A DNA stretch of 64,000 nt from an uncultured Clostridia bacterium (GTDB lineage Bacteria > Bacillota > Clostridia > Oscillospirales > CAG-272): the NCBI GenBank assembly GCA_947631765.1, contig CANRMP010000001.1:242766-306765 (forward strand). The letters run 5' to 3'. Positions within the stretch are counted from its first letter, which is position 1; every line of letters begins with the position of its first letter. A model generated the notes under the pieces. That model saw only the letters and a list, made by a program, of their open reading frames with translations. It ran no database searches and was not told the DNA's origin. Position numbers and translations under genes: made by a program. Of the stretch, positions 40,701 to 48,828 are shown in pieces.

Positions 40701-41062
40701 CGGCGCCGCCTCTCGTCCTTTGAAACGCCGCTCAGCGTCAGCGCAAGCTCCACGTTTGCAAGGACTGTTTGATGGGGAATTAGATTGTAGCTTTGGAACA
40801 CAAAGCCTATCGAATGATTTCGATAGTTGTTCCAGTCAGCCTCTTTAAATTCCTTGGTCGAAACCCCGTTTATGGCAAGGTCGCCCTCGGTATACCTGTC
40901 AAGTCCGCCGATAATATTGAGCAGAGTTGTTTTGCCGCATCCCGACGGACCGAGCACCGAGACAAATTCATTTTTTCGAAAGTCAATCGAAATGTCTTTA
41001 AGCGCCTGTACGGTGTTGTCGCCCGAGACGTAATTTTTTGTTATGTGCTTTAAACTAAGCAT
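37757..41062 (-). CDS. Fused ABC transporter ATP-binding / FtsX-type permease (MacB-like architecture) with a very large extracytoplasmic domain
   Basis: ATG 41062 lies 4 nt after GGAGGGG. Walker A 'GPSGCGKTT', signature 'LSGGQMQR', Walker B 'ILLADEP'. TM1 lies ~280 residues in, followed by ~650 aa of non-hydrophobic sequence, then a C-terminal FtsX 3-TM bundle ('LRSIGASKKDV'). Confidence 0.85.
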   Translation of the reverse strand: MLSLKHITKNYVSGDNTVQALKDISIDFRKNEFVSVLGPSGCGKTTLLNIIGGLDRYTEGDLAINGVSTKEFKEADWNNYRNHSIGFVFQSYNLIPHQTVLANVELALTLSGVSKDERRRRAIEILNKVGLGDQLKKKPNQMSGGQMQRVAIARALVNDPEILLADEPTGALDSETSIQIMNILKEISKDKLIIMVTHNPELADLYSSRIVRLLDGNIVDDSDPYVPQESEDKEQKVTATDVADAKKAPPVEKKAPKKKAKRRSMSFFTALSLSLNNLLTKKARTFLTSFAGSIGIIGIALILSLSTGINAYIAGIQEETLSSYPISITDETIDLSSLMLSMMQVSAESEKHEKDAIYSNPVLYQLMNTINNEAISNDLKSFKEFLEKEMDKELSTTELYEYVTAIVYRYNVSINAYATDPDGEYIKSDINSLFSSIMGNMAGSQDLSSSFEGMSAMQSSAFQLWDQMLAPSKGESGDYLVSSLIRDEYDLLAGDWPKASDEIVLILNRNNEISDLVLYALGLKPLNDMFDIIMAVSRGEQVSTEVQKWQYDELVGKTFKMILQSDYYQDTNGDGIYENIAANRDLLKTYIDRGKTLKISGIIRAEEDAKFAILNGTLGYTEALTSEIIEGILESDVVKAQLANPSYDVINGLPFYLDTDISDSEKVAKFKEYCSELTNAQKRTLYGKMITSVSDEEIAEKVDAFLSQFETAEERNSAIIEMYAQSLGIDPAIFEKQFGDYLSKLTDDEVRETLMTLMKQANDPEAAIDEVISTPTQAELDSIISSTIQSTKDAYNAMIPDGLPKIDDRGASEMVIAAYYHQLTSMDETMIMEYLRDLGDEEIYRMLESIARLQYASTPMTTEEENAKIAAIFDEYVAGFTDEELAKAYTDFTEISSSTYDTNIALLGITSTDTPSSVNIYTSSFENKDKIANIISDYNDSVDESMKIVYTDYVALIMSSVTDIVNAISYVLIAFVSISLVVSSIMIGIITYISVLERTKEIGILRSIGASKKDVSRVFNAETLIVGFAAGMIGIIVTVLLCFPINAIIHALTDIYEINATLPVLGGIILVAISMALTLIAGLIPSRIAAKKDPVAALRTE

Positions 41063-41239
41063 TTTTCCCCTCCGATTGATCAAGTATCAATAATAACAGT
41101 TTAATTATTTTTTATTGAAAAAGTGTGAATTTAGTGCAAATATTTTTGCATTATAAAAAAATTGGATTCATTGTACAAAATGCACTTGTTTTTTTGCGGT
41201 TATTTTGTCTATTTGTAACGCGGCAGGCATAAAAAAAGG

Positions 41240-41267
41240 TTGACTTTTAAAAATATTTCGTTATAAT
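41240..41267 (+). promoter_or_regulatory. Sigma-A-type promoter candidate for the GH127-like gene
   Basis: TTGACT (41240-41245), 16-nt spacer, TATAAT (41262-41267). Confidence 0.5.
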
Positions 41268-41280
41268 ATAAGTAACAAGC

Positions 41281-41301
41281 TTGAAAAAATTGTTTTTTCA
41301 A
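41281..41301 (+). promoter_or_regulatory. Perfect 9-bp inverted repeat (operator or 5'-UTR hairpin candidate)
   Basis: TTGAAAAAA-ttg-TTTTTTCAA, located between the -10 box and the SD (GGAGG) of the GH127-like gene. Confidence 0.35.
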
Positions 41302-41320
41302 TACATAAACGGAGGTAAAT

Positions 41321-43183
41321 ATGATCAAAAACACCGCGTATACCCCCTTCACCGCAAGAGATATAAAGCCTGCGGGCTGGCTTTACAAACAGCTTAAAAT
41401 TCAGGCGGAGGGTCTTTCGGGAAATCTTGACAAGATATGGCCTGATATAAGGGACAGCCGCTGGATAGGAAAAGACCGTGACGGCTGGGAGAGAGTGCCG
41501 TATTGGCTTGACGGCTTTGTACCGCTTGCCTATTTGCTTGAGGACGAGAATCTTATATCGAGAGCGAAAAAGTATATCGACGCGATAATTGCCGGTCAAA
41601 AAAGCGACGGCTGGATCTGCCCGTGCGAGGACTCGGAAAGGGGCAGATACGACCTTTGGGCGTATTTCCTCATCTGCAAGGTGCTTTGTCTTTATGCAGA
41701 CTGCTCGGGCGAAGAGGAGAGAATTGAAAAGGTGCTGACAAGAGCCCTAAAACGCCTCATGTTCCACATAAGAGGGAACACGCTTTTCAACTGGGCGAGC
41801 GCGCGGTATTTTGAGTGCTTTATACCGATATTCTGGCTTTACGAGAGAACAAAGGAAGAATGGCTTATTTATCTTGCCCATATGCTTAAGGTTCAGGGAG
41901 CAAATTACAGGGCGCTTTTTGAGGACTGGAGAGACCAGACCCCGCACACCGACTGGAACTTTCAGACCCACGTTGTAAATCTCGCAATGGCAATAAAGGC
42001 GGAGGTCCTCGGCGCGCGAATTTCCTCAAAGGAGGATGCCATAGAGAATGCGGAGAATTTTGCAAAGAGTATGCTGCAAAAGCTCTTTAAATATCACGGA
42101 ACCGTTTACGGGCATTTTACGGGGGATGAAAATCTTTCGGGAGACAGCCCGATACAGGGAAGTGAGCTTTGCTCAATTGTTGAAGCCATGTACTCATATG
42201 AGCAGATATTTGCCGTAACAGGCAATTCTGTGTGGCTTGACAGAGCCGAAATGCTCGGATATAACGCGCTTCCCGCCACAATATCGCCCGATATGTGGAC
42301 TCACCAGTACGATCAGATGGTAAATCAGATGGCGTGCGTTCGCTTTATGGGAAGACCGATATTCGGTACCAACAGTCAGGAGGCGCATCTTTTCGGACTG
42401 GAGCCGAATTTCGGCTGCTGTACCGCAAACTTTAACCAGGGCTGGCCAAAGCTCGCGCTATCGACCTTTATGCGCTCAGACAGCGGAATACTCAGCGCCG
42501 TTATCGCTCCGAGCAGGCTCAGTACGTCTATAGATAATAAAGCCGTATATGTCAGGCTTGACACCGAGTATCCCTTCAAAAATACCGCCACATACACAAT
42601 AAATTGCCCCGAGGGTGCGGAGTTTGAGTTAGCTATAAGAATCCCCGGATGCGTAAAATACGCGACTGTCGGGGAAAGGAAAGTAGGATCCGGCGAAATA
42701 TACCGCATAAAAAAGAACTGGAAGGGCGAAGAGATTATTGCCGTTTCCTATGAGTTTGAAATCGAATTAATCAAAAGACCGAGAGATATGTGGGCGTTAA
42801 GGCGCGGTCCGTTTATCTATTCGCTTTCAATTGAGGAAGAATGGGTAAAGCACGAGTATATAAGAGACGGCGTTGAGAGAAAATATCCGTACTGCGATTA
42901 CGAAATATATCCGCGCTCAAAATGGAACTATGCCTTTTGCTCGGACAATTTCGAGGTGTGCGAGCATGAGATAGGGGATATACCCTTTTCAAGCAGCAAC
43001 CCGCCCGTAACAATTGAAACTCAAGGAGTCGAAATAGACTGGGGATATGAGGAAGGGTACAATGACCTTGCTTCAAAGGTGCCGCACTCGACAGAACCCT
43101 TGGGACCCTGTCACAAAATAACGCTTAAACCCTATGGATGCACGAATTTAAGAATGACCGAGCTGCCTAAAGTAAAAATTTAA
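41321..43183 (+). CDS. Glycoside hydrolase family 127/146-like (beta-L-arabinofuranosidase-like, DUF1680)
   Basis: 620 aa with no signal peptide. 'GSELCS' (E-x-C) and 'PNFGCCTANF' (CC) resemble the Zn/catalytic Cys motifs of GH127. N-terminal 'WLYKQL..Q..GL.GNLD..W'. Confidence 0.7.
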   Translation: MIKNTAYTPFTARDIKPAGWLYKQLKIQAEGLSGNLDKIWPDIRDSRWIGKDRDGWERVPYWLDGFVPLAYLLEDENLISRAKKYIDAIIAGQKSDGWICPCEDSERGRYDLWAYFLICKVLCLYADCSGEEERIEKVLTRALKRLMFHIRGNTLFNWASARYFECFIPIFWLYERTKEEWLIYLAHMLKVQGANYRALFEDWRDQTPHTDWNFQTHVVNLAMAIKAEVLGARISSKEDAIENAENFAKSMLQKLFKYHGTVYGHFTGDENLSGDSPIQGSELCSIVEAMYSYEQIFAVTGNSVWLDRAEMLGYNALPATISPDMWTHQYDQMVNQMACVRFMGRPIFGTNSQEAHLFGLEPNFGCCTANFNQGWPKLALSTFMRSDSGILSAVIAPSRLSTSIDNKAVYVRLDTEYPFKNTATYTINCPEGAEFELAIRIPGCVKYATVGERKVGSGEIYRIKKNWKGEEIIAVSYEFEIELIKRPRDMWALRRGPFIYSLSIEEEWVKHEYIRDGVERKYPYCDYEIYPRSKWNYAFCSDNFEVCEHEIGDIPFSSSNPPVTIETQGVEIDWGYEEGYNDLASKVPHSTEPLGPCHKITLKPYGCTNLRMTELPKVKI

Positions 43184-43267
43184 ATATATGCGGCAAGACT
43201 TGCATGAACAAAAAGCCGATTTGTGTATCATTCTTGTTAATAATTTGTGAATATGGATGATAAATTG

Positions 43268-43295
43268 TTGACAAGCCCGATTTTTTTGTTAGAAT
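43268..43295 (+). promoter_or_regulatory. Sigma-A-type promoter candidate for acpP
   Basis: TTGACA (43268-43273), 16-nt spacer, TGtTAGAAT (extended -10, 43290-43295). Confidence 0.5.
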
Positions 43296-43355
43296 GGTGT
43301 TGTTGTTTAACAAAATCCTATTCTCGGAGTAAAAAAATATTATTTTGGAGGACCT

Positions 43356-43577
43356 ATGGAAATCAAAGAAAAACTCGTTGAGATCATCGCAAAATATCTT
43401 GATGTGGACGCAGACACAGTAAAAACAGACGTTCCGTTCACCGAACTCGGACTCGACTCTCTCGATGTTGCCGAGCTTGTTATGCAGATCGAGGATGAAA
43501 TGGGCGTATCGGTTGAGCTTTCCGCTGAGCTTGATACCGTCGATAAGCTTGCCGATTACATCGCGGAGCAGCTTTAA
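43356..43577 (+). CDS. acpP: Acyl carrier protein
   Basis: 73 aa. Phosphopantetheine site 'LGLDSLDVAELV'. Confidence 0.93.
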   Translation: MEIKEKLVEIIAKYLDVDADTVKTDVPFTELGLDSLDVAELVMQIEDEMGVSVELSAELDTVDKLADYIAEQL

Positions 43578-43777
43578 TTTCAAATAAAACTCGGTCGGTG
43601 AAGAGCCGCGTGCCCTTTTGTAAAAGGCGCGCGCTCTCACCCAAAAAACATCAAATTTATTTTAGAATAACAAATAACGCGCCGTTATAACACGGCGCCC
43701 GATAATATATTCTTGGCAGCCTCGCTTTTTCCGGGGCGATTCAAGACCTTTTATTTAAGCTTATAAAGGAGCAAAAA

Positions 43778-44701
43778 ATGGGTAAAGTTGCATTTCTTTT
43801 TGCGGGACAGGGCGCGCAGTACAGCGGAATGGGCAAAGAGCTTTATGAAAGCTCAAGCGCCGCCAAGGCTGTGTTTGACATGGGCGAGAGCATTCGCCAC
43901 GGAACCGTTGATACCTGCTTTAATTCAGATAAGGAAACGCTTTCACAAACCGAAAACACTCAGCCCTGTCTGTTTCTGACAGACCTTGCCTCGGCGTGCG
44001 CGCTGGTTGAAGCGGGAGTTGTTCCCGACGAGGTCGCCGGCTTTTCGCTCGGAGAAATCGCGGCGCTCGGCTTTTGCGGCGTGCTTGATTACAAGGAGGC
44101 TTTCAGCCTTGTATGTCTGCGCGCAAATACCATGGCGGAGTGCGGCAGGAAGCACCCGGGCGGCATGGTTGCCGTTGTGAAGCTTTCAAACGAGGCGGTT
44201 GAGGAGGTTTGCTCGGGCTTTTCAAACATCTATCCCGTCAATTACAACTGTCCCGGTCAGGTCGCCTGTGCCGGCGATATAAATGAAATTGACGCCTTTT
44301 GCGAGGCGGTTAAAGCCAAGGGAGGAAAGGCAATAAAGCTTGCGGTCAGCGGCGCCTTCCACACCCCCTATATGGCAGACGCCACAAAGGCGCTTGAAGA
44401 AAGGCTTTCAAGCTTAAAAGTAAACCCGCCCGCAACCAAGCTTTATTCCAACTATACCTCAGACGTCTATCCGTCGAATGAGGACAAGATAAAGGATATT
44501 ATAGCAAAGCAGGCGTCAAACAGCGTCAGGTGGGCTGACATCATTTGCAAGATGCACGACGACGGAGTCGATACCTTTATCGAGGTAGGAGCGGGAAAGA
44601 CCCTTTCCGGGCTTGTTGCCAAGACTCTTACGGGCGTTAGGATTCTTAACGTTTCCGATAGTGCTTCACTTGCCGCCACACTTGAAGCATTAAAAGGCTG
44701 A
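43778..44701 (+). CDS. fabD: Malonyl-CoA:ACP transacylase
   Basis: 'FLFAGQGAQYSGMG' and active-site 'GFSLGE'. Confidence 0.93.
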   Translation: MGKVAFLFAGQGAQYSGMGKELYESSSAAKAVFDMGESIRHGTVDTCFNSDKETLSQTENTQPCLFLTDLASACALVEAGVVPDEVAGFSLGEIAALGFCGVLDYKEAFSLVCLRANTMAECGRKHPGGMVAVVKLSNEAVEEVCSGFSNIYPVNYNCPGQVACAGDINEIDAFCEAVKAKGGKAIKLAVSGAFHTPYMADATKALEERLSSLKVNPPATKLYSNYTSDVYPSNEDKIKDIIAKQASNSVRWADIICKMHDDGVDTFIEVGAGKTLSGLVAKTLTGVRILNVSDSASLAATLEALKG

Positions 44702-44707
44702 GAATTT

Positions 44708-44737
44708 CAAACGCCGCATTATCTGCGGCGTTTGTTT
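44708..44737 (+). terminator. Terminator-like hairpin between fabD and fabG
   Basis: AAACGCCGCA (44708-44717) / TGCGGCGTTT (44723-44732) with a 5-nt loop, then GTTTT. Confidence 0.55.
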
Positions 44738-44809
44738 TGAAAAATGCCCGAAGCCTTCACCGATAAAAACGGGAAAGGCGGGTAAAACAAAAAAGAGAGG
44801 TATTATTAC

Positions 44810-45553
44810 ATGAATTTTCAGGGAAGAGTCGCCCTTGTGACCGGAGCCGCAAGGGGTATCGGAAGAACTATTGCAGAGAAGCTTGCAAGCGAAGGTGCGG
44901 ACGTTATAATAGTTGACGTGGCGTCTCCCGAAAACGCCGCAGAAGCGCTTGACGCCGTAAAAGCGTACGGAGTAAGGGCAGCTTACCGCTGTCTTGACAT
45001 CACGGACGGCGAAAAGGTAGGCGAGGCGGTAAATGAGCTTGTAAAAGAATTCGGCAAAATAGATATTCTCGTAAATAACGCCGGTATCACCAAGGATAAG
45101 CTTATTCTGATGATGAACGAGAGCGAATTTGACGCCGTTTTAAACGTAAACCTGAAAGGTACTTTTATAATGACAAAAGCGCTTGTTCGCCACATGATGA
45201 AGAACAGATACGGAAGAATCGTAAACATGGCGTCGGTTGTCGGACTTATGGGAAACGTCGGTCAGGCAAATTACAGCGCTTCTAAAGCCGGTGTTATAGC
45301 CCTCACAAAGACCACCGCAAAGGAATTTGCCACAAGAGGCATCACCTGCAACGCGGTAGCTCCCGGATTTATCGATACGAGCATGACCGCGGTGCTGTCC
45401 GAGGAAGCCAAAAAGGCTATGTTTGACATGATACCGATGGGCAGAGTGGGCAGACCCGAGGACGTTGCGAACGCCGTTTTGTTCCTTGCCGCCGAGGCTT
45501 CGGCGTATATTACGGGCGAGGTTATAAAGGTAGACGGCGGTCTGTATATATAG
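44810..45553 (+). CDS. fabG: 3-oxoacyl-ACP reductase
   Basis: SDR motifs 'TGAARGIG', 'NNAG', 'YSASKAG'. Confidence 0.92.
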   Translation: MNFQGRVALVTGAARGIGRTIAEKLASEGADVIIVDVASPENAAEALDAVKAYGVRAAYRCLDITDGEKVGEAVNELVKEFGKIDILVNNAGITKDKLILMMNESEFDAVLNVNLKGTFIMTKALVRHMMKNRYGRIVNMASVVGLMGNVGQANYSASKAGVIALTKTTAKEFATRGITCNAVAPGFIDTSMTAVLSEEAKKAMFDMIPMGRVGRPEDVANAVLFLAAEASAYITGEVIKVDGGLYI

Positions 45554-45594
45554 CTTTGCGGTTTTGTTGTATGAAAGGAAGATGAAATAATTTA

Positions 45595-46830
45595 ATGGAA
45601 AGAAGAGTTGTTATTACCGGAGTAGGCGTTATATCGCCGGTCGGAAACGATATTTCGACCTTCTGGAATAATATCAAAAACGGCGTGTGCGGAATAGACA
45701 AAATCACCCGTTTTGACACAACCGACTTCAAGGTCAAGCTTGCGGGTGAGGTTAAGGATTTCGACCCGAAGGCTCTCTATAAAAGCCCCGCCGAGGTAAG
45801 ACGGGCGGATATGTTCACTCACTATGCCATAAAGGCTGCCGATGAAGCGGTAAATGATTGCGGCATACTTGAGAGCGGAATGGACAAAAGGCGGCTTGGC
45901 GTTTATATCGGTTCGGGTATCGGCGGAATGCAGTCCTTTGTTGCGGAAACGCTTATCCTTAACGAAAAGGGACCCTCCAAGGTGTCCCCGATGTTCGTGC
46001 CGAAAATGATATCAAATATCGCTTCCGGAATGGTTGCGATAAGGTTTGGAGCGAAGGGTCCCTCAATGGGTATTGTCACGGCGTGCGCTACCTCGGCTCA
46101 CACCATAGGCGAAGCGTACAGAGCGGTAAAGCACGGGTATGCCGACGCCATAATTGCCGGAGGAACAGAAAGCTCTGTGGAGCCCCTTGCTGTTGCGGGC
46201 TTTACAAGCTGTCAGGCGCTTCATATCGGAGATGACCCGAGCTGTGCTTCCATCCCCTTTGACGCGCGAAGAAGCGGATTTGTCATGGGTGAAGGCGCCG
46301 GAATTGTTGTTGTCGAGGAATACGAACAGGCAGTAAAGCGCGGCGCGCATATTTACGCGGAAATTGTGGGATACGGCGCGACAACCGACGCTTATCACAT
46401 GACAGCTCCCGACCCGACAGCCGAGGAGCCGGGAAACGCAATAAGAATTGCAATAAATGACGCCGGAATCACCGGCGACGAGGAGATATATATAAACGCT
46501 CACGGAACGAGCACCAAGCTTAACGACAAAACCGAAACCGAAGCGTTTAAGAAGGTGTTCGGAGAAAAGGCATATAAGCTTCATATCAGCTCCACAAAGT
46601 CGATGACGGGTCACATGCTCGGAGCAACGGGAGCCGTTGAGGCAATTGTCTCGGTGCTTGCTCTAAAAGATGGCATAGTGCCGCCCACTGTGGGATATTC
46701 CGAGAAGGACCCCGAGTGCGATCTGGATTACACTCCGAATAACGCGGTAAAAGCGAACCTAAAGTACGCTCTTTCCACAAACCTCGGCTTTGGCGGACAC
46801 AACGCCTGCCTTGCCTTTAAAAAGATTTAA
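45595..46830 (+). CDS. fabF: 3-oxoacyl-ACP synthase II
   Basis: Active-site Cys 'TACATSAH', 'NAHGTST', 'KSMTGHMLGA'. Confidence 0.95.
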   Translation: MERRVVITGVGVISPVGNDISTFWNNIKNGVCGIDKITRFDTTDFKVKLAGEVKDFDPKALYKSPAEVRRADMFTHYAIKAADEAVNDCGILESGMDKRRLGVYIGSGIGGMQSFVAETLILNEKGPSKVSPMFVPKMISNIASGMVAIRFGAKGPSMGIVTACATSAHTIGEAYRAVKHGYADAIIAGGTESSVEPLAVAGFTSCQALHIGDDPSCASIPFDARRSGFVMGEGAGIVVVEEYEQAVKRGAHIYAEIVGYGATTDAYHMTAPDPTAEEPGNAIRIAINDAGITGDEEIYINAHGTSTKLNDKTETEAFKKVFGEKAYKLHISSTKSMTGHMLGATGAVEAIVSVLALKDGIVPPTVGYSEKDPECDLDYTPNNAVKANLKYALSTNLGFGGHNACLAFKKI

Positions 46831-46850
46831 AAGAAAAAGGTGTTTTTAGT

Positions 46851-47264
46851 ATGAATAAAGACGAGATAAAGGAGATAATTCCCCACAGAGAGCCTATGCT
46901 TCTTGTGGAAGAGGTTGTGCAAAACGAAGACGGGAGCACGACCGGTTATTACACCGTAAAAGGAGACGAATTTTTCCTTCAAGGGCATTTCCCGAATAAT
47001 CCGGTTGTTCCCGGAGTTATTCTCTGCGAAATGACGGCGCAGTCCGCCTGCGCCATATTTCTTAACGGCGAGCTGAAGGGCAAAACTCCTGTTTTCACCG
47101 GAATAAACAACGTAAAGTTCAGAAAACAGGTAAAACCCGGAGACACGGTTGAGCTCAGGTGCTCACTTGTCAAGAAAAAGATCCCCTTCTATTGGATAAA
47201 TGGCGAGGCAAGAGTTGAGGGTAAAGTGGTAATGAGCGGAGAATTTTCATTTGCGGCAGTGTGA
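46851..47264 (+). CDS. fabZ: 3-hydroxyacyl-ACP dehydratase
   Basis: 'LPHREPMLLV' and 'GHFPNNPVVPGVILCE' hot-dog motifs. Confidence 0.93.
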   Translation: MNKDEIKEIIPHREPMLLVEEVVQNEDGSTTGYYTVKGDEFFLQGHFPNNPVVPGVILCEMTAQSACAIFLNGELKGKTPVFTGINNVKFRKQVKPGDTVELRCSLVKKKIPFYWINGEARVEGKVVMSGEFSFAAV

Positions 47265-47277
47265 ATATTCATAAGCG

Positions 47278-47297
47278 GGACCGCCGAGGGGCGGTCC
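47278..47297 (+). terminator. Terminator candidate after fabZ
   Basis: GGACCGCC / GGCGGTCC with loop GAGG. The T-rich tract is interrupted (TGTATTATTTAGTTTT). Confidence 0.45.
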
Positions 47298-47357
47298 TGT
47301 ATTATTTAGTTTTGCGCTTAAAAAGCACAGCGTTTTGACAAAGGACGGCATATCATA

Positions 47358-48020
47358 ATGGAGAAAATATGTTATATTATCGGTCCGTGCGGAGGCCGAA
47401 ATATCAAGGTAAGCGCATGTGAGGGCGATCTTGTAATTGCGGCGGACGGCGGCTATGGAGCGCTTTCAAATTACGGAATTTCTGCCGATATAGTTATCGG
47501 AGATTTCGATTCGCTGGGGTATATCCCAAGTGGCTGCAAAGTGATAAGGCATCCCGAAAGAAAGGATGACACCGACAGCCTGCTTGCAATAAAATACGCG
47601 TGGGATTTGGGATACCGCATTTTTGTACTGCTGGGCTGTTGCGGTGGGCAAAGACCCGACCACACCGTTGCAAATATTTCCTCTCTTGTCTGGCTCTCTG
47701 AGAGAGACAGCATCGGCTATCTTGTTGGAGAAGAGTACGCATACACGGTTATAAAAAACGGCAGTATACGCTTTTCAAAGGAAAATACCGGCGATATTTC
47801 GGTGTTTTCAATTTCAAAAATCTCGCGCGGGGTATTTGAAAATGGGCTCTCTTATACGCTCCTTGACGGTGAGCTTTCCTTTGATTATCCGATGGGAGTG
47901 AGCAACAGCTTTATTTCAAATGACGCCGAGGTCAGCGTTAAGGAAGGAACCCTTTTAATATACTGGCAGACAGACTTTAACTTACTTATGAAAACCGTAA
48001 GGAGCAGGGAAATATCATGA
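47358..48020 (+). CDS. thiN: Thiamine diphosphokinase
   Basis: 220 aa. 'IAADGG' and 'GDFDSLG' motifs plus 'KDDTDS'. Confidence 0.8.
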   Translation: MEKICYIIGPCGGRNIKVSACEGDLVIAADGGYGALSNYGISADIVIGDFDSLGYIPSGCKVIRHPERKDDTDSLLAIKYAWDLGYRIFVLLGCCGGQRPDHTVANISSLVWLSERDSIGYLVGEEYAYTVIKNGSIRFSKENTGDISVFSISKISRGVFENGLSYTLLDGELSFDYPMGVSNSFISNDAEVSVKEGTLLIYWQTDFNLLMKTVRSREIS

Positions 48021-48679
48021 AAAAGAAGAAAATAAGCGACATTGAATACGCCATATTCGATATGGACGGAACTATTGTCGACAGCATGTACGCATGGGAC
48101 ACCGCAGCAGACCGACTGTTGCTTTCAATGGGAATTACGCCTTTTCCCGAGACAAGAGACGACATACGGACAATGACAACCGCCGAGGTTGCCAAGTATT
48201 TTGACAAAAAATATTCGCTTGATATTCCCGAAAATCAACTTGCGCACATGTTCAACAGGACCATGGAGGATTTTTACGAAAATGAGGCAACCTTCAAGGA
48301 AGGGGCGCTTGAACTGCTCACCTCTCTTCATGAAAAAGGAGTCGGAATGTGCGTTGCCACCGCAACCGACAGATATATGGCGGAGGGCGTGCTTAAAAAG
48401 CTCGGAGTTTATCACCTGTTTGATTTTATGGTAACCTGTACCGAGGTCGGGAAGGGCAAATCCAGCCCCTTGGTTTTTGACGTGTGTCTTGAAAGGTGCG
48501 GCGCGGACAAGGATAAGGTATGGATATTCGAGGACTCGTTTTTTGCGATAAAAACCGCAAAGGACTTCGGATATCACGTGCTTGCGGTTTACGACAAGTC
48601 AAATGAGCCTTTTGAAAAAGATAAAGAAGCGTGCGCGGATATCTACGTAAACTCTTTGAAGGAGCTTGAAATAGGCTGA
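48017..48679 (+). CDS. HAD-superfamily hydrolase (subfamily IA)
   Basis: Motif I 'AIFDMDGTIVDS' and motif IV 'FEDS'. The start overlaps the thiN stop (ATGA). Confidence 0.75.
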   Translation: MKKKKISDIEYAIFDMDGTIVDSMYAWDTAADRLLLSMGITPFPETRDDIRTMTTAEVAKYFDKKYSLDIPENQLAHMFNRTMEDFYENEATFKEGALELLTSLHEKGVGMCVATATDRYMAEGVLKKLGVYHLFDFMVTCTEVGKGKSSPLVFDVCLERCGADKDKVWIFEDSFFAIKTAKDFGYHVLAVYDKSNEPFEKDKEACADIYVNSLKELEIG

Positions 48680-48747
48680 GCTTTGTGCGTTTTACACAAT
48701 ATACTGCGCCGATTTTTAAGCAATATTACGAAAAATAAATATAGTAC

Positions 48748-48776
48748 TTGAAATTAAGAGCGAAAGAATATATAAT
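48748..48776 (+). promoter_or_regulatory. Sigma-A-type promoter candidate for the GH76-like gene
   Basis: TTGAAA (48748-48753), 17-nt spacer, TATAAT (48771-48776). Confidence 0.45.
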
Positions 48777-48828
48777 ATAATCAATATATTTTCCGCCTTG
48801 GCGGTGACTTTGAAAGGAATTTGCACTT

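Noticed and set aside
43167-43640. 157-aa minus-strand ORF spanning the acpP locus
   Set aside because: It overlaps acpP, which carries an unambiguous DSL phosphopantetheine site, a promoter and an SD, so it is spurious.
46063-46614. 183-aa minus-strand ORF within fabF
   Set aside because: It is antisense to a gene with the complete KAS II catalytic motifs and has no features of its own.
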